From: Paraphysomonas bandaiensis
Taxonomy: Eukaryota; Protista; Chrysophyceae
Assembly (NCBI GenBank): GCA_965644295.1
Contig: CBFFRP010000156.1
Coordinates: forward strand, 1-9,945
Reading direction: 5' to 3'
DNA length: 9,945 nucleotides
In this document: piece by piece, positions 7,036 to 9,945 of the stretch
Layout: the number at the start of each line of letters is the position of its first letter
How positions within the stretch are numbered: position 1 is the stretch's first letter
Notes under the pieces: model-generated
Told to the model about the DNA's origin: nothing
Seen by the model: the letters and a program-made list of their open reading frames with translations, nothing else
Databases searched by the model: none
Position numbers and translations under genes: made by a program

Positions 7036-9449
7036 ATGAGCGATATCTTGGCTCGAGCGCGTCTTCTAGCTAAAGCTGCGAATGATGTGGCAGACCAGAT
7101 GTCTTCCCAAGTGCATGAGTATAAAGCAGTGGTGGAGTCACGGAAGGCAGATGAGGCGCTAACAGCTGCAGTGGAACGTGAAAAGAAGACAAGAAAAAAT
7201 ATTGAAAGAGTTCCTCATCATAGTGACGTCGGCAGTCGGAAGGTGCGCATATACTCTGCTTGAATAGAGCCTAATACTTAACCCAACTAAGGTTTTTAAA
7301 GGTGCAGCGATAAGTGGATCATCTCTGGTTACAACTTATGGTGATATCAGACCGTTCGCTCCTAGGTGAGATTTTTTCTAGCCTGTGACATATGTGACGA
7401 ACTTTTTCAGAGGGAGTGTAGTGTTCATTGATAGTATTAAATGTAAGTTATGTGATAGTGGAGAGTGGACTGCATCAAGAGTTGAACTAACCAATGACTA
7501 TCCTGGAGACACGAATTTAGACGCCGAAATTGCGATTACTGTCACTGCGGAGGTGGTTAAGAAGAGGAGCCCGCGGAAAAACAAGGCAGCACCCGTCTCA
7601 TCGAGTGATATACTTGGTGCCGTCGCTGGACTGGACACGGGACACATTACGACGGGTAAATCGTCTGGACCGAGTGCTCCCCCCAAGATATTAAGAAAAC
7701 AACAGCGTTCTCCACGCCGTGGCACAGCATGCATTGCGCCCTTACAACCAGCGAGTTCTGATTTCCGGGTATCAGAGCACTCCTCTCCGGCCCTCAGTTG
7801 TGTCAACTCAACTGTGCTACACCAGTCTAGTGTATCTGTGCTGGTTGATTCCCCTTCACGGTCCAGGTCGTCAGCCCCAACATCTCCGAGATCCCAAGCA
7901 GGGGCGGTGACACCTTGTGCCCCCATGACCGCAACGGTAGACAAGACTCTCGAGCCGGAACAGCTGAGAATGCTCGCTGAGATCGACAGTTTGAGTGAGG
8001 AGGAGCAGCAGCGCAGGAGAGCAGCCATGCATATGCGCATGGCTGATAGAGTGGGTGTCCTGTACTGAGTTGTTAACTGAATAAGCTAGACATGTGTAGG
8101 GCCAACAGAAGGCGGCGGAGCGAGTGGCGATGCGCCGACAGCTGGAAACACTGGGCGAATTGGAGGAAGGGAGTATGCAGGGTACGACGACACCTGATGA
8201 GCCGCGTGGACATCGCTTTTCGGAAGATATGCTTCAGGAACGGCGGCGACTCGCAATGGCAAGAGTAGTGCAGAAACGGAGGGAAGAAGACAGACAGCTC
8301 GCAGAGGCACTGAAAGCAGAAGAAGATGAGAAACTTGCTAAGAAGAAGCTCATGAAGGATAAAGCGGAACGCCTTAGGAAGCAGACAGCCCAGCGCGTGG
8401 CGGAGTATAAGGTCAACCGGTGATATATATTCGCTTAGTTATATTACTTTTTTCAGGCGATGAAGAAAGAGAAAGCCCTGAAAGAGAGGGAAGCGGCTGA
8501 GGCTGAACTAGCTCTGAAAAAGGAGAGAGAAGCGGAGTACCGCAGTGAGAGTCATGTGAAGCGTCTTCAGGAAAGGGCGGCGGCTACTGAAGCAAGGTAC
8601 GAGTAGACGCGTAATTATTTACCTGTGTGTTAGGTCTGTCGGTGTAGACTACAAAAGCAGAAGCGAGATCTCGAAGAGAAAAAGTATGTCGAAAAGCTTC
8701 GCATGGAAGAGAAGCTTGCTGAGCTTGCAGCGGAGCGGCAGAGGACAAAGAATGTGCTTGATTACAGGTCTATATCGTCTACCAATATGAGTCATGCATC
8801 AGGCAGCACAAAGCGGGACCATGTTCTGCCCGCCATTGACAACCATAGATTCAAGCGTAGCTTCAAGAAAAAAACTGCTACCCTCGACGACACTGATAAG
8901 GTATAAATGCGTGACGTCTCACTATTCATATGATGGTGTGTAGTTGTGTGTGGTGTAACTCGTGTTTTAGGGAGACGATGTTGTCATATCAGTTCAAGCC
9001 GGACCTTCAAATTTCTTACCGCTTATTCGCAAATCCACAAGCGAGCAATCAAGACGATTGCAACCCACTGAAATATTTGGAGATCCTGTGCGCAATCGGC
9101 GACCGCCTTTGGCTGAAGTGTAAGTAATTTTCAGGATTTCGCTTCGCACAGTTTAATAGATGTATAAAGCCGAAATGCACCAACAGTGGAAGATGATGCT
9201 CTCTCCGATGATTCTCTTCAGAATATTGAACCAAGGCAGTTGATTCAGCCCGATCTACATGCCCCTATTTGCCATTCTGAAGCACCCCATGAACCCGATA
9301 ATATCTCATATGTGTCGGCTTTAACTATAGATTCTACGAATTCAAACTCCGTTTCGAAAGATACTCCGACGAAAAAAGTGAGAAAGAAGAAAAAGGAGGT
9401 GTGGAAAATGAAGCCAATACCAGTTAGACCATATATTCATGTAGAATAG
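7036..9449 (+). CDS. 8-exon gene, about 684-aa uncharacterised protein: N-terminal helix, beta-rich domain, Ser/Pro-rich linker, long E/K/R coiled coil, basic C-terminus
   Basis: Exons 7036-7242, 7292-7365, 7411-8050, 8100-8411, 8457-8596, 8648-8900, 8971-9119 and 9170-9449 total 2,055 nt (685 codons including the stop). All 7 introns are GT-AG (49, 45, 49, 45, 51, 70, 50 nt) and join the ORF-track fragments in frame with no stops. The last intron is the least certain: if it is retained, the protein ends at TAA 9121-9123. Confidence 0.88.
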
Positions 9450-9495
9450 CTTTACTTCTTTGCTGGACACTGTTCATAGTCATGTATGTTAGTTG

Positions 9496-9945
9496 TGTTG
9501 AGTTATGGCTGTTTGTGGTTTGTGAGCAATTAAGTGCTGTAGTTTCTAAGATATTTGATGTATAACCGTTACTCAAAGAATACAGAAGTAGCTAACCGCT
9601 AACCGTATTATGAGAACATGAGAACCAATGATATGATAGCTGATAGCTCTTATAGTACTGAAACTGAAATATATTCACTGCACAATATTGTGACGATGTA
9701 AGATCGTACAAGAATGGTTGGTGTAGTAGAGATAACATGAGTTGTGATGTGAAGATGTGAAGAGTCTATCTACAGCTTTGAATTGAGAGAGTGTTGAGTT
9801 CTGCTATATTATAATATATTGAAAGTCTTTTTATTTAGCAATAGGCGTTAAAAACCTGTGCCAATATAGTGGCTAGTTGAATGCTAGACATGTTGAGTTC
9901 TGCAATATGATGTGATATATATTGTGCAATTGAAGTGAGTTAACA
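9496..9945 (+). mobile_element. Older, rearranged relic of the same LTR family in the opposite orientation
   Basis: The LTR start TGTTGAGTT occurs at 9496, 9792 and 9891. 9691-9709 is the exact reverse complement of 2787-2805, and 9771-9789 is the exact reverse complement of 2921-2939 (PPT region). Colinear LTR blocks (GCAATTAA, TTCTAAGATATT, AGAATACAG, GTATTATGAGAA, GTAGTAGAGATAAC) are also present. The right boundary may run past the window. Confidence 0.85.

Noticed and set aside
7498-9234. Antisense and alternative-frame ORFs (7498-8040, 7719-7910, 8086-8310, 8234-8416, 8930-9127, 9049-9234)
   Set aside because: They are shadows of the exons of the spliced plus-strand gene.
7036-9449. 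Reading the consecutive plus-strand ORFs as an operon, or as stop-codon readthrough or an alternative genetic code
   Set aside because: Canonical GT-AG introns join all fragments in frame and remove every internal stop.

Overview
This is AT-rich eukaryotic DNA, probably from a protist with compact introns (a stramenopile is my guess, not proven). The best-supported features are three. (1) A complete, young 2,439-bp non-autonomous LTR retrotransposon on the minus strand (2649-5087), with 268-bp LTRs identical at 267/268, TG...CA ends, a 5-bp ACCAC target-site duplication, a PBS, a copia-like PPT and no gag/pol. (2) An 8-exon plus-strand gene (7036-9449, about 684 aa) with an N-terminal beta-rich domain, a Ser/Pro-rich linker and a long charged coiled coil. 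Its introns are 45-70 nt, which is why the ORF track shows it in fragments. (3) An intronless minus-strand ORF (528-1166) that resembles a divergent IFT25/HSPB11-type jelly-roll protein. The rest is mostly mobile-element debris: a decayed copy of the same LTR family just after the big gene, a Helentron-like element with (TAACCC)3 and a 22-bp hairpin plus a related motif cluster near 1.5-1.7 kb, a probable pogo-like relic, and small MITE-like or tandem repeats. I found no CRISPR, rRNA or tRNA. I cannot support a wholly new biological system. The most unusual items are the duplicated PPT/LTR junction inside the retroelement, the telomere-repeat hairpin element family, and the two divergent protein domains.
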